A stretch of 64,000 nucleotides of DNA from an uncultured Solirubrobacterales bacterium (GTDB lineage Bacteria; Actinomycetota; Thermoleophilia; Solirubrobacterales; Solirubrobacteraceae). Position numbers and translations under genes: made by a program. The stretch covers positions 1,722,140 through 1,786,139 of the forward strand of contig CAVRUQ010000003.1 in the NCBI GenBank assembly GCA_963724405.1, written 5' to 3'. Positions 20,017 through 29,557 of this stretch are shown piece after piece (position 1 is the first letter of the stretch; each line of letters begins with the position of its first letter). The notes beneath the pieces are model-generated. The model saw nothing but the letters and a program-made list of their open reading frames with translations. It made no database searches and was not told the DNA's origin.

Positions 20017-22257
20017 GTGACCCTCCGCTCTCGCCACCGCACCGCCGCCGTGAGCGCGCTCGACGGGACGATCGTCGCGCCCGCCACGATCGCCACGCGG
20101 CCGTCCGAGCGCGACGCCTCGCGCGTGCGCGCGCTGCGTCTGCGCTATCCGGAGCTCATCCCGCTGCTGCTGCTCGCCGCCGCGCTCGATCTGTGGTCGC
20201 TGGCTCGCAACGGCTGGGCGAACGACTACTACAGCGCCGCCGTGCGGTCGATGAGCGCGAGCTGGCACAACTTCCTCTACGCGTCGATGGACCGCAGCGG
20301 CGTGATGACCGTCGACAAGCCGCCCCTGGCGCTCTGGGTGCAGGCGCTCTCGGCCCGCATCTTCGGCTACCACCCGTTGAGCATCCTCGTGCCGCAGGCC
20401 GTGATGGGCGTCGCGACGGTGGCGCTCGTCTATGACCTCGTCCGGCGGCGCTTCGGCCGCATCGGCGGACTCGTTGCCGGGCTCACGCTCGCCCTCACGC
20501 CGATCACGGTCGCGATGTCACGCCACAACAACCCCGACGCGCTGCTGACGCTCTGCTGCGTCGCCGCGGTGTGGTGCGTCGTCCGGGCCTTCGAGGACGG
20601 CCGCACGCGCTGGATCGTCCTCGCCGGCGTGTCGGTCGGCCTCGGCTTCGAAACGAAGATGGGTGCGGCGTTGCTCGTCGTGCCGGCGATCGGCGCCGCC
20701 TGGCTGTGGGTCGCCCCGCGCGGCCGGATCGCCGCGCTGCGTCAGCTCGGGGCCGGCGGCGCCGCGATGGTCGTCGTGGGCGGCGCCTGGCCGCTGCTCG
20801 TCACCCTCACCCCTGCGGCCGACCGGCCGTGGATCTCGGGCACGAGCGACAACAGCATCCCCTCGCTCATCCTCAACTACAACGGCGTCGGGCGCCTGGC
20901 CGGACAGTCGGGCGGTCCCGCCGGTGCCGGGCCGGGCGGTGGCGGTGGCGGCGGCGGGCTGTTCGGCGGCTCTCCCGGTCCGCTGCGGCTCCTCAACACG
21001 GCACTCGGCGGACAGGCGGGCTGGATGCTCGGATTCGCCGTCGTGGCCGGCCTCGGTCTCCTCGCGGCCACCCGGTTGCGCCGCGGGGATGAGCGAACCG
21101 GATGGCTGCTCGCGGTCGGCGGCGCCGGCCTGACGATCGCCGTCGCCTTCAGCGCCGCGGCCGGCATCTTCCACCCCTACTACGTCGCCCAGCTCGCCCC
21201 GTTCGCCGCCGCGCTCGTCGGCGCCGGTGCCGCGATGGTGCTCGGGCGCGCCCGCCTCGCGCGGATCCTCGCGCCGATCGCGGTGGCCGCCGGGGTCGCG
21301 AGCGAGCTGATCGTGCTCCACGACAACCCCGGTCAGCTGACCTGGCTGCCGGCGGTCCTGGTGGTCGCCGGCGTGCTCGCCGCGGCGGCGCTCCTGGCCG
21401 TCGCCGCGCCGCGGCTGCGCGTCGCGCTCGTGGCGGCGGTCGTCGGCCTGCTCCTCATCGCGCCCGCCACCTGGGCGGTCGACACGCTCGGCCACGCGAC
21501 CAGCGGCACCTTCCCCGCGGGCGGACCGGCCGATGCCGGCACCGCCCCCGGCCCCGGCGGATTCGGCGGCCCCGGAGGCCTCGGCCGCGGCTTCGGCGCG
21601 CCGGGCGCGAACGGGGCCACCGGCGGCGGCGTGCCCCTCTTCGGACCCGGTCCCGCGGGCGCGGTCCCCGGGACGCCCGCCGGCGCCGGCGCCGGCGGCG
21701 CGGGCGTTCCGGGCGCCGCGGGCGGGTTCGTTCCCGGCGGCGGCCCCCCGAGCGGCCTTGGCGCCGGCGGCGCGCGCGGCTTCGGCGGCGCGCGCGGCTT
21801 CGGCGCAGCGGGCGCCTTCGGCGGCCCGGGCGGGCCCGGTGGGTTCGGCGGCCAGGATCTCGGCGCCGAGCTGGCGTACATCAAGGCGCACGGCGGCGGC
21901 ACGCTCGCCGTGGCCAGTCAGTCGTCGGCCGCGAGCGCGATCGTCGCCGGCCAGACGAACGTCGCCGGGATCGGCGGCTTCTCCGGCAACGAGAGCGAGG
22001 TCAGCACGAGCTGGCTCGCCGGCGAGGTGCGCTCGGGGCAGATCCGATGGGTGCTCGCGAGCACGGGCGCCGCCGGGCCGCTCAGCGGCGGACGGGTCGG
22101 CGCGACCCGCGCGATGGCCGCCGTGCGGGCCGCGTGCGTCGCCGTCGCGCCGAGCGGCGCCGCAGCGACGAGCAGTTCGACGCTCAGCGGGCTCTACGAC
22201 TGCGCCGGACGCTCGGCGCAGCTGCTCGGTGCCGGCGCGGCCGGCGCCGCCGCGTGA
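20017..22257 (+). CDS. Glycosyltransferase family 39 (PMT/ArnT-like) membrane protein with a long Gly/Pro/Ala-rich C-terminal extension
   Basis: N-terminal polytopic region with GT39-like motifs (DKPPLALWVQALSARIFG..., ETKMGA). The ~330-aa C-terminal part is low-complexity GPGG-rich and is followed by a globular tail. Confidence 0.65.
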   Translation: MTLRSRHRTAAVSALDGTIVAPATIATRPSERDASRVRALRLRYPELIPLLLLAAALDLWSLARNGWANDYYSAAVRSMSASWHNFLYASMDRSGVMTVDKPPLALWVQALSARIFGYHPLSILVPQAVMGVATVALVYDLVRRRFGRIGGLVAGLTLALTPITVAMSRHNNPDALLTLCCVAAVWCVVRAFEDGRTRWIVLAGVSVGLGFETKMGAALLVVPAIGAAWLWVAPRGRIAALRQLGAGGAAMVVVGGAWPLLVTLTPAADRPWISGTSDNSIPSLILNYNGVGRLAGQSGGPAGAGPGGGGGGGGLFGGSPGPLRLLNTALGGQAGWMLGFAVVAGLGLLAATRLRRGDERTGWLLAVGGAGLTIAVAFSAAAGIFHPYYVAQLAPFAAALVGAGAAMVLGRARLARILAPIAVAAGVASELIVLHDNPGQLTWLPAVLVVAGVLAAAALLAVAAPRLRVALVAAVVGLLLIAPATWAVDTLGHATSGTFPAGGPADAGTAPGPGGFGGPGGLGRGFGAPGANGATGGGVPLFGPGPAGAVPGTPAGAGAGGAGVPGAAGGFVPGGGPPSGLGAGGARGFGGARGFGAAGAFGGPGGPGGFGGQDLGAELAYIKAHGGGTLAVASQSSAASAIVAGQTNVAGIGGFSGNESEVSTSWLAGEVRSGQIRWVLASTGAAGPLSGGRVGATRAMAAVRAACVAVAPSGAAATSSSTLSGLYDCAGRSAQLLGAGAAGAAA

Positions 22258-22316
22258 CGAGACCGGCGAGCCCCTAGGCTGTCGGCGTTCCCGTCAACGG
22301 ACCAAGGAGCTGCTCC

Positions 22317-23111
22317 GTGTGCTTTGCCTTCGACGCCCGTCCGCCTGAGCTGCCCGCCGATCTCCCGCGGCCACCGATCGCCGGCGGCGCGCCACCGGAG
22401 ATCCTCGAGCTCGTGTCGGCCGACGACACGCATTTCTCCGCGGCGCTCGCCGAGTCGCCACACCGAACGAACCCCGGCGTGGTGATCCTCCCCGACGTCC
22501 GCGGCCTGTACGCGTTCTACATCGAGCTCGCCGAGCGCTTCGCGCAGGCCGGTCATGCCGCGATCGCGATCGACTACTTCGGGCGCACAGCGGGCCTCGG
22601 CCCGCGCGACGAGGCGTTCGAGTTCTGGCCCCACGTCACGCAGACGACCGTCGAGCAGATCCAGCTCGACACGGCCGCGGCCGTCGAGGCGCTGCGCGAG
22701 CGCACCGGCGTGAGCAGCGTCGTCACCGTCGGGTTCTGCTTCGGCGGCATGCAGTCGTTGCTCGCCTCCACGAACCCCGACCTCGGCCTCGACGGCGTCG
22801 TCGGCTTCTACGCCGGCCTGTCCACGCAGGAGCGCTTCGGGTTCCCCGGGCCGCTCGAGCGGGCCTCCGAGATCGCCGGACCGCTGCTCGGCCTGTTCGG
22901 CGGCGCCGACCAGGGCATCCCGGTCGAGAAGGTGAACGACCTCGACGCGCGACTCGACGAGGCCGGCGTCGAGCACGAGATCCACATCTACCCGGGCGCG
23001 CCCCACTCGTTCTTCGACCGCTCCTTCGAGGAGCACGCCGAGGCGTGCGCCGACGCCTGGCGGCGCGTGCTCGGGTTCCTCGAGAACGTCGGGGCGCGGG
23101 CGACGGCGTAG
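22317..23111 (+). CDS. Dienelactone hydrolase family protein
   Basis: Alpha/beta-hydrolase with a GFCFGG nucleophile motif and a C-terminal YPGAPHSF His motif. Confidence 0.8.
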   Translation: MCFAFDARPPELPADLPRPPIAGGAPPEILELVSADDTHFSAALAESPHRTNPGVVILPDVRGLYAFYIELAERFAQAGHAAIAIDYFGRTAGLGPRDEAFEFWPHVTQTTVEQIQLDTAAAVEALRERTGVSSVVTVGFCFGGMQSLLASTNPDLGLDGVVGFYAGLSTQERFGFPGPLERASEIAGPLLGLFGGADQGIPVEKVNDLDARLDEAGVEHEIHIYPGAPHSFFDRSFEEHAEACADAWRRVLGFLENVGARATA

Positions 23112-23218
23112 GGGGCGCCAGCGGCGCCGCGCGACGAGGCGAGACGCGAAGCGTGCTCGATCCTCTCTCCTGGTGGAAGAAGATCGAGCAACCTTCACCC
23201 TCGAACCGCCCGCACACC

Positions 23219-24481
23219 TCAGCCCGCGGCGCTGAGCGCGGCGCCCGCCGCGGGCTCGCCCCGCGACGGCCGGATCCGCCGGACCGCCGCCACGCCGATC
23301 GCGGCGACGAGCAGGCAGGTCAGGCCGCCGAGCCCGAGGCCCGCGCGGGCCCCGGAGGCGGCCATCACGAGGCCCACGATCGGGCCGCCGATCGGGGTGG
23401 AGCCCTGGAAGGCCACGAACCACAGCGACATCACGCGGCCGCGCATCGAGGGCTCGGCGATGAGCTGGAGCGTCGCGTTGCCGGTCGACATGAAGGCGAT
23501 GCTGCTCGCCCCGACGAGCGCGAGCGCGACGAGCTCGACGGCGAGCGTGGGAGCGGCGGCGGCGAAGAGCATCGTCACCCCGAAGGCGGTCGCCGCCCCG
23601 GTGAGGAAGCGCAGCCCGATCCGTCCACGGCCGGCGACGAACAATCCGCCGATCACCGCGCCGACGCCCATCGCCGCGGTCATGAAGCCGAAGCCGGTCG
23701 CGCCGACGTGCAGCCCCTGCCTGGCCATCACGGGCAGGGAGACCTGGAACTCGTACGCGAGCGTCCCGGCGAGCCCCATCATCAGCAGCGGCACCGCGAG
23801 CTCGGGGGTGCGGGCCACGTAGCGCAGGCCCTGACGCAGCTGACCCCGGGCGCGCGGCGCCGGCGCGCTCGGCGTCAGGGCGGACCGGTCGAGCATCAGC
23901 AGCGAGGTGACGACCGCCCCGAAGCTGGCGGCGTTGATGAGGAAGCACACGCCGACTCCGACGGTCGCGATGAGGATGCCGGCCACCGCCGGGCCGATGG
24001 CCCGGGCGACGTTGACGAGCACCGAGTTGAGGCTGACGGCATTGCGCAGGTGGACGGGCCCGACCATCTCGAGCATGAACGACTGACGCGCCGGGTTCTC
24101 GAAGGCGTTGTTGACGCCGAGCAGGGCCGCGAGCAACGCGATCTCCCACACGCGCGCGGACCCGGACACGACGAGCAGCCCGAGCACGAGCGCCTGCAGG
24201 CCCATGAGGCTCTGCAGCCCGATCATCAGCCGTCGCTTGTCGACACGGTCGGCGATCACGCCGCCGTAGGGCGCGAGCAGCAGCACCGGCAGCGTCTGTG
24301 CGGCCACGACGAGGCCGAGCGCCGTGCTCGAGTGCGTCAGCGTCAGCACGAGCCACGACTGGGCGGTCATCTGCATCCAGGTGCCGACGAGCGACACCGA
24401 CTGCCCGGAGATGTAGCGCCGGTAGTTGGGGACCGCGAGCGCCGCGAAGGTGATGCGTCCCGCCTTTTCGACGCGGGTCAC
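23219..24481 (-). CDS. MFS transporter (12 TMS, EntS/YbdA-like)
   Basis: Polytopic. Motif GGVIADRVDKRRLM (MFS loop 2-3 signature). Coupled to the upstream MarR gene. Confidence 0.85.
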   Translation of the reverse strand: MTRVEKAGRITFAALAVPNYRRYISGQSVSLVGTWMQMTAQSWLVLTLTHSSTALGLVVAAQTLPVLLLAPYGGVIADRVDKRRLMIGLQSLMGLQALVLGLLVVSGSARVWEIALLAALLGVNNAFENPARQSFMLEMVGPVHLRNAVSLNSVLVNVARAIGPAVAGILIATVGVGVCFLINAASFGAVVTSLLMLDRSALTPSAPAPRARGQLRQGLRYVARTPELAVPLLMMGLAGTLAYEFQVSLPVMARQGLHVGATGFGFMTAAMGVGAVIGGLFVAGRGRIGLRFLTGAATAFGVTMLFAAAAPTLAVELVALALVGASSIAFMSTGNATLQLIAEPSMRGRVMSLWFVAFQGSTPIGGPIVGLVMAASGARAGLGLGGLTCLLVAAIGVAAVRRIRPSRGEPAAGAALSAAG

Positions 24482-24921
24482 GCGCGCCGGTCCTTCAGTC
24501 GCTCGGCGAGCGCCTCGAGCACCGGCAGCGCCTCGTCGAGCACGCGCCGCTCCTCGGCGCTCAGTTGGGCGAGCTGGACGTTAAGCACGTCGCTGCGCTC
24601 GTTGAGGATCTTCTCGCGCACGCGCTGGCCCGCCGGGGTCGCGTCGACGAGGGCCGCGCGGCGATCATCCGGGTCGGCGACGCGTCGCACGAGTCCCCGC
24701 GCACCGAGCTCGGCGATGACGCGCGAGAGCATCGTCGGATTGAGGCCTTCGAGCTCCGCGAGCTCGGACAGGCGCAGCGGGCCCCGGCGACAGACGGTGG
24801 CGAGCACCGAGATGAACGTCGGCGTGAGGCCGCCGCCGGCCAGCGTCGGGCGCAGGCGGCGCGAGAGCTTGCCCACCACCGCCCTCAGGCGGGAGGCAGA
24901 GTCGATCCGGGTCTGCGGCAT
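24478..24921 (-). CDS. MarR family transcriptional regulator
   Basis: Winged-helix segment LSELAELEGLNPTMLSRVIAELGARGLVRRVADPDDRRAALV. ATGA-type overlap with the MFS gene. Start at the Met at 24921. Confidence 0.8.
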   Translation of the reverse strand: MPQTRIDSASRLRAVVGKLSRRLRPTLAGGGLTPTFISVLATVCRRGPLRLSELAELEGLNPTMLSRVIAELGARGLVRRVADPDDRRAALVDATPAGQRVREKILNERSDVLNVQLAQLSAEERRVLDEALPVLEALAERLKDRRA

Positions 24922-25041
24922 CGCGCCTCCTTGTTCCAAATACTTGCTTGCCAGCAAGCATTTTAGCGCGTCTCGGCGGGCGCGCCGGGGCCCGCACGGT
25001 CAGCCGGCCCTCCTGCCGATGAGCGACGCGACCTGCGGGGC

Positions 25042-25659
25042 TTACGACGCCCGGCGCGCCGCCACGCGCGCGAGCAGCCGGGCACCGAGGCCCCGCGGCG
25101 GCGCGGCGGCGTCCGGCTGGATGCCGAGGCTGTTGATCACCCCGGCGAGCATCTCGTAGTGCCCGATGAGCATGAGCAGCTCGATCAGCTGCCCGTCCGA
25201 GTAGGCCGGGCGGAGGGATTCCCAGGTCGGATCCGAGACGCGACGCCGCGCGAACAGCTCCTCGACGGCGCGCAGGAGCCCGCGCTCGTGCGCGTTCCAC
25301 AGGGACGCATCGGCGCCCTCGCGGGCGGCCGCGATCCGCTCCGCCGACAGCCCGGTGGCGGCGGCGATGCGCTCGTGCGCACGCCATTCGTACTCACAGT
25401 CGCTCAGGTGGGCGACCCGCAGGATGACGAGCTCTGTGTCGATGCGCGGGATCGTGCCGCCGGGCATGAGCGTGCCGGCGAAGCGCAGCCAGCGACGGAA
25501 GAGCCGGCGGTTGCGCCCGAGCGTGGTGAACAGATTCAGCGGCCCGGTCCCGGTCGCTGCCCCCGAGATCTCCGCAATGAGCGCGTTGACCGATCCGATC
25601 TCGGCGCGGCTGCCGGGAGTCAGGCGAGGCTCGGGGTACGCTTCTGGACGGCCAGGCAT
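25042..25659 (-). CDS. Carboxymuconolactone decarboxylase (CMD/AhpD-like) family protein
   Basis: LSDCEYEWRAHE motif region typical of CMD-fold proteins. Start at the Met at 25659. Confidence 0.6.
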   Translation of the reverse strand: MPGRPEAYPEPRLTPGSRAEIGSVNALIAEISGAATGTGPLNLFTTLGRNRRLFRRWLRFAGTLMPGGTIPRIDTELVILRVAHLSDCEYEWRAHERIAAATGLSAERIAAAREGADASLWNAHERGLLRAVEELFARRRVSDPTWESLRPAYSDGQLIELLMLIGHYEMLAGVINSLGIQPDAAAPPRGLGARLLARVAARRAS

Positions 25660-27166
25660 GACCCGTACCGTATTGATGCGCGGGTATGAGCGTCCGGTCG
25701 CGCCCGTGGCGTGGCCGGCGGTCTTGGGCATGGCCGCGGCCGCGATGGCCGCGCTGGCTCTCACGAGCGGCCGCTACGGCTATCACCGCGACGAGCTGTA
25801 CTTCATCGCCGCCGGCTCGCACCTCGCGTGGGGATACCCCGACCAGCCGCTGCTGACCCCGCTGCTCGCGCACGCGATGAACGGGCTCGCGCCCGGCTCG
25901 CTGCTCGCGCTGCGCGCCCCGGCGATCCTCGCCGGCGGCGTCACGACCGTCGCCACCGGCCTGCTCGCGCGCGAGCTGGGCGGGGGCCGACGGGCGCAGC
26001 TGCTCGCGGCTGCGTGCTGGGCGGCCGGCGCGATCTGCCTCGTGACCGGCCACTTCCTCACCACCACCACCGGCGACGTGGCCGCGACGGCCGTCGCCGC
26101 ACTGCTGATCGTGCATGTGCTTCGCACGGGGGACGATCGCTGGTGGCTTCCGGCCGGGCTCGTCGTCGGCGTCGGTCTGCTGAACAAGTCGCTCGTCGGC
26201 GTCGTCATCGCGCTCGTGCTCGGCGCGCTCGTGTTGCTCGGTCCCCGCGAGACGCTGCGCTCGCGCTGGTTCGTGGGCGGCATCGCGGTCGCCGTGCTCG
26301 GCGCCCTGCCCTACGGCCTCTGGCAGCTCGCCCACGGCGTGCCGCAGGAGGCGCTCGCCCGGTCGATCGCATCGACCGGCGCCGAGGGCGGCCGCGTCGG
26401 CGTCATTCCGTTCCAGTTCCTGCTCATCGGCCCGCTGCTCGCGCCCGTGTGGATCGCCGGGATCGTGTCGCTGCTGCGCGACCCGGCCCTGTACGCGTAC
26501 CGCTGCTTCGCCGTGGCCTACCTCCTGCTCATCCCGCTGCTGATCGTCACCGGCGGCAAGGCCTACTACACGGCCGGCCTCCTTCCGGTGGCGCTCGCCG
26601 CCGGCTCGCGCGCCACCGAGCGGTGGATGTCGCGGCGGCCCCGCCGGGTCGCGGCGCTCGTCCTGGCCGTCGGGCTCACCGCGGCGATCAGTGCGGTCAT
26701 CGGGCTGTCGGTGCTGCCGGCCGACCAGCTGCGCGGCAGCATCGTGGTCGCGCTGAACCCGGACGAGGGCGAGATGGTCGGTTGGCCGCGCTTCACGGAC
26801 ACCGTCGCGGCGGTCTACCACTCGCTGGCGCCCGCCCAGCGCATGCGCACGGCGGTGTTCACGAGCAACTACGGCGAGGCCGGGGCGATCGCGCTCCTCG
26901 GCCCGGCCCGCGGGCTGCCGTACCCGTTCAGCGGCCACAACGGCTGGTGGTTCTGGGGCCCGCCCCCGAACTCCGACACCTCCGCGCTGCTCGTCGGGAT
27001 CGACCGCTCGACGGCCGCGAGCGATTTCGTCGGGTGTCGCGTGCGGGCGCGGATCGACGACGGCATCGGCCTGAACAACCAGGAGCAGGGCGAGCCGGTC
27101 TGGGTGTGCCCGGCCGAGCGCGAGCCCTGGTCGCGGCTGTGGCCCTCGCTGCGCCACTACAACTGA
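25658..27166 (+). CDS. Glycosyltransferase family 39 (PMT/ArnT-like) membrane protein
   Basis: Polytopic. The N-terminal conserved region (RDELYFIAAGSHLAWGYPDQPLLTPLL) resembles GT39 dolichyl/undecaprenyl-phosphate-sugar transferases. Start at 25658 or 25676. Confidence 0.65.
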   Translation: MTRTVLMRGYERPVAPVAWPAVLGMAAAAMAALALTSGRYGYHRDELYFIAAGSHLAWGYPDQPLLTPLLAHAMNGLAPGSLLALRAPAILAGGVTTVATGLLARELGGGRRAQLLAAACWAAGAICLVTGHFLTTTTGDVAATAVAALLIVHVLRTGDDRWWLPAGLVVGVGLLNKSLVGVVIALVLGALVLLGPRETLRSRWFVGGIAVAVLGALPYGLWQLAHGVPQEALARSIASTGAEGGRVGVIPFQFLLIGPLLAPVWIAGIVSLLRDPALYAYRCFAVAYLLLIPLLIVTGGKAYYTAGLLPVALAAGSRATERWMSRRPRRVAALVLAVGLTAAISAVIGLSVLPADQLRGSIVVALNPDEGEMVGWPRFTDTVAAVYHSLAPAQRMRTAVFTSNYGEAGAIALLGPARGLPYPFSGHNGWWFWGPPPNSDTSALLVGIDRSTAASDFVGCRVRARIDDGIGLNNQEQGEPVWVCPAEREPWSRLWPSLRHYN

Positions 27167-27208
27167 CCGAGCGCGGCCCGCGGGGGCCGTGGCAGCGGTG
27201 CTCCGGCG

Positions 27209-29479
27209 TCAGTCGGGAAGGTGGAAAGGCACGGCCGTGATCGCGATCCCCTCGTAGTCGCGCAGGGCGCTGCGCAGGCGCGGGCCGAGTCGGTTGTGCA
27301 GGACCTGCTCCCAGCGATGGCGGGTCACGATCTCGGCGACGATGACCGTGAGCGTCACGTCGGACCGCTGCAGGTGCAGGGCCTCGATGTAGTTGGCGAG
27401 CGGCTCGAGCGTCGCGCGGTAGGGCGACACGACGACCTCGAGCGGGACGTGATCGCCCCACGCCCCCCAGTAGCGGTGGAAGCGATCGGCCTCGTCCTCG
27501 CTCGGGCTGATGTGCACCGCGAGCACGGGTACCGAGAGCGACACCGCGTAGGCGAGCGCGCGCAGCGCGGCGAGATCGAGCACGGCGGTCGGGACGACGA
27601 GGAGGTGGCGGATCTCGGAGGGGTCGGCCTGCTCCTCGAGGCTGTGGTGGATCTCCGGCACCCGCACGCGGCCCGGGGCGAACGAGCGCGTGTGCGTGTC
27701 CCGGTCGGGGTGCGGCGTGAGCGCTTCCCGCGCGCGGTCGTAGTGGCGGCGTATGCGCAGGCAGAGCAGGACGATCGCCGGGATGAGGATGACGACCACC
27801 CAGGCGCCCTGGGTGAACTTCGTCAGGGCGGCGATCACCACGACGATCCCCGACAGGGATGACCCGACCGCGTTCGTGACCAGCGCGCCGCGCCAGCCCG
27901 CATCGCGGCTGCGCCACCAGTGCGCGACCATGCCCGCCTGCGCGAGCGTGAAGGCGAGGAACACGCCGACCGCGAACAGCGGGATGAGCGGCTCGGTCTG
28001 CCCGCCGAAGGCGGCGTAGATGATCGCCGAGGCGATCGCGAGCAGCATGATGCCGTTCGTGAAGGCGAGCCGGTCGCCCATGCGCAGGAACGCGCGCGGC
28101 ACGTACCCATCGCGGGCCATGAAGAAGAGCAGGCGCGGCAGGCCGTTGAAGGCCGAGTTGGCGGCCACGAGCAGGATGAGCGCCGTGGCCGCCTGCACGA
28201 ACCCGTACAGCACGCCCCCGCCGACGGTGAGGTGGGCGAGCTTGGAGAGGACGGTCTGGGTGCCGCCGGGGCTGACGCCGTCGAGGTAGGCGAGCACGAC
28301 GACGCCGACGAACATCGAGATGAGCAGGCCCATCATCACCGTGAGCGTGCGGCGGGCGTTGACCGCCTCGGGCGGCTTGAACACCGGGACCGCGTTGGAG
28401 ATGACCTCGATGCCGGTCATCGCCGTCGCGCCCGAGGCGAACGCACGTAGCACGAGCAGCACGCCGAGCGCCTCGGTCGGGGCGGTATAGGGCGGGGGCA
28501 CGGGTTTGAATCCCGTCGAGCCGGAGTCGACGAGCCCGACGACCAGGACGAGCCCGATCGCGAGCACGAACAGGTACGTCGGGGCGGCGAAGAGCGCACC
28601 GGCCTCGCGCGTCCCGCGCACGTTCCCGGCGACGAGCAGCGCGATCACGACGAGGCCGAGCGGGACGACGGCCGAGCCGAGCGACGGCACCGCCGAGGTG
28701 ACGGCGGCCACCCCCGAGGCCACCGACACCGCGACGGTGAGTATGTAGTCGAGGATCAGCCCCGCCCCGGCGAGCACCCCCCAGATCGGGCCGAGGCTGT
28801 CGCTGGCGACGATGTAGGAACCGCCGCCATGCGGGTAGGCGCGGATCACCTGGCGGTAGCCGAGGCCGACGGCGAGCATGAGCACCGCGATCGCACCGCC
28901 GATCGGCAGTGAGAGCTTCAGCTCGGCGCTGCCGGCGAGCAGCAGCACGGCGAGCATCGCCTCGGGGCCGTACGCGACCGACGAGATCGCGTCCGGGGAC
29001 AGGACGGGGAGGGCGAGTGCCTTGCTCATTCGCTCCTCGGCGAGCGCGGTGGAGCGCAGCGGCGCGCCCACGAAGACGCGGCGCGCGGCGAACAGCGCGC
29101 GGCCGAGACGCGACTCGGGCTCGGACGCCTCCGGCGTGGCCTCGAGGTCCTCCGGGTGCCCGGGCCGGACCGTCGCGATCCGGACCAAGCGCCCCGGTCC
29201 GCTGACCTCCTCGTACTCCAGGTGCGGGTCGACCGGCAGGGCCTTCTCCCAGGCCTCGCGATCGGGGACGCATCCCGACCAGGATTGCCCGACCGCCTGG
29301 AGCGCGCGGAGCTGGCGCGTGTCGAGCGCGGGCAGCGTCGCCGTCGGGCTGACGGTCGCGTCGATGGAGCCGGCGTGCGACCCGGCGGGCGCGCCGTTGT
29401 GCTCTGGTGGGTCCGCTGGCGTCGGGTTGTCCGTGTCGTTCACAGCGGTCCTGCTCACACGGCCGGGGGCGCGCGTCAT
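27209..29479 (-). CDS. APC-superfamily amino acid permease with a cytoplasmic C-terminal regulatory domain
   Basis: N-terminal cytoplasmic LRSTALAEERMSKALALPVLSPDAISSVAYGPE segment followed by 12 TMS, as in actinobacterial APC permeases. A ~280-aa soluble C-terminal domain. Start at the Met at 29479. Confidence 0.7.
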   Translation of the reverse strand: MTRAPGRVSRTAVNDTDNPTPADPPEHNGAPAGSHAGSIDATVSPTATLPALDTRQLRALQAVGQSWSGCVPDREAWEKALPVDPHLEYEEVSGPGRLVRIATVRPGHPEDLEATPEASEPESRLGRALFAARRVFVGAPLRSTALAEERMSKALALPVLSPDAISSVAYGPEAMLAVLLLAGSAELKLSLPIGGAIAVLMLAVGLGYRQVIRAYPHGGGSYIVASDSLGPIWGVLAGAGLILDYILTVAVSVASGVAAVTSAVPSLGSAVVPLGLVVIALLVAGNVRGTREAGALFAAPTYLFVLAIGLVLVVGLVDSGSTGFKPVPPPYTAPTEALGVLLVLRAFASGATAMTGIEVISNAVPVFKPPEAVNARRTLTVMMGLLISMFVGVVVLAYLDGVSPGGTQTVLSKLAHLTVGGGVLYGFVQAATALILLVAANSAFNGLPRLLFFMARDGYVPRAFLRMGDRLAFTNGIMLLAIASAIIYAAFGGQTEPLIPLFAVGVFLAFTLAQAGMVAHWWRSRDAGWRGALVTNAVGSSLSGIVVVIAALTKFTQGAWVVVILIPAIVLLCLRIRRHYDRAREALTPHPDRDTHTRSFAPGRVRVPEIHHSLEEQADPSEIRHLLVVPTAVLDLAALRALAYAVSLSVPVLAVHISPSEDEADRFHRYWGAWGDHVPLEVVVSPYRATLEPLANYIEALHLQRSDVTLTVIVAEIVTRHRWEQVLHNRLGPRLRSALRDYEGIAITAVPFHLPD

Positions 29480-29557
29480 GCTAGCGGCGGCGGCACCCGG
29501 CCGAGCCGTGCGGCGCCGCCGCGGCACGCGGCGGGTCGACGCGTCATCGTGTGCGCG

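Noticed and set aside
20518-22277. Several Pro/Arg/Gly-rich ORFs on both strands overlapping the GT39 C-terminal region
   Set aside because: - Alternate frames of a GC-rich, GGN-repeat coding region.
- The GT39 frame is continuous with the N-terminal catalytic domain.
22194-24356. 720-aa minus-strand ORF
   Set aside because: Antisense to and out of frame with the DLH gene and the MFS transporter. Extreme Arg content.
26928-29273. 781-aa minus-strand ORF
   Set aside because: Alternate frame of the APC permease gene (27209-29479). Arg/Pro-rich, with no TM pattern.
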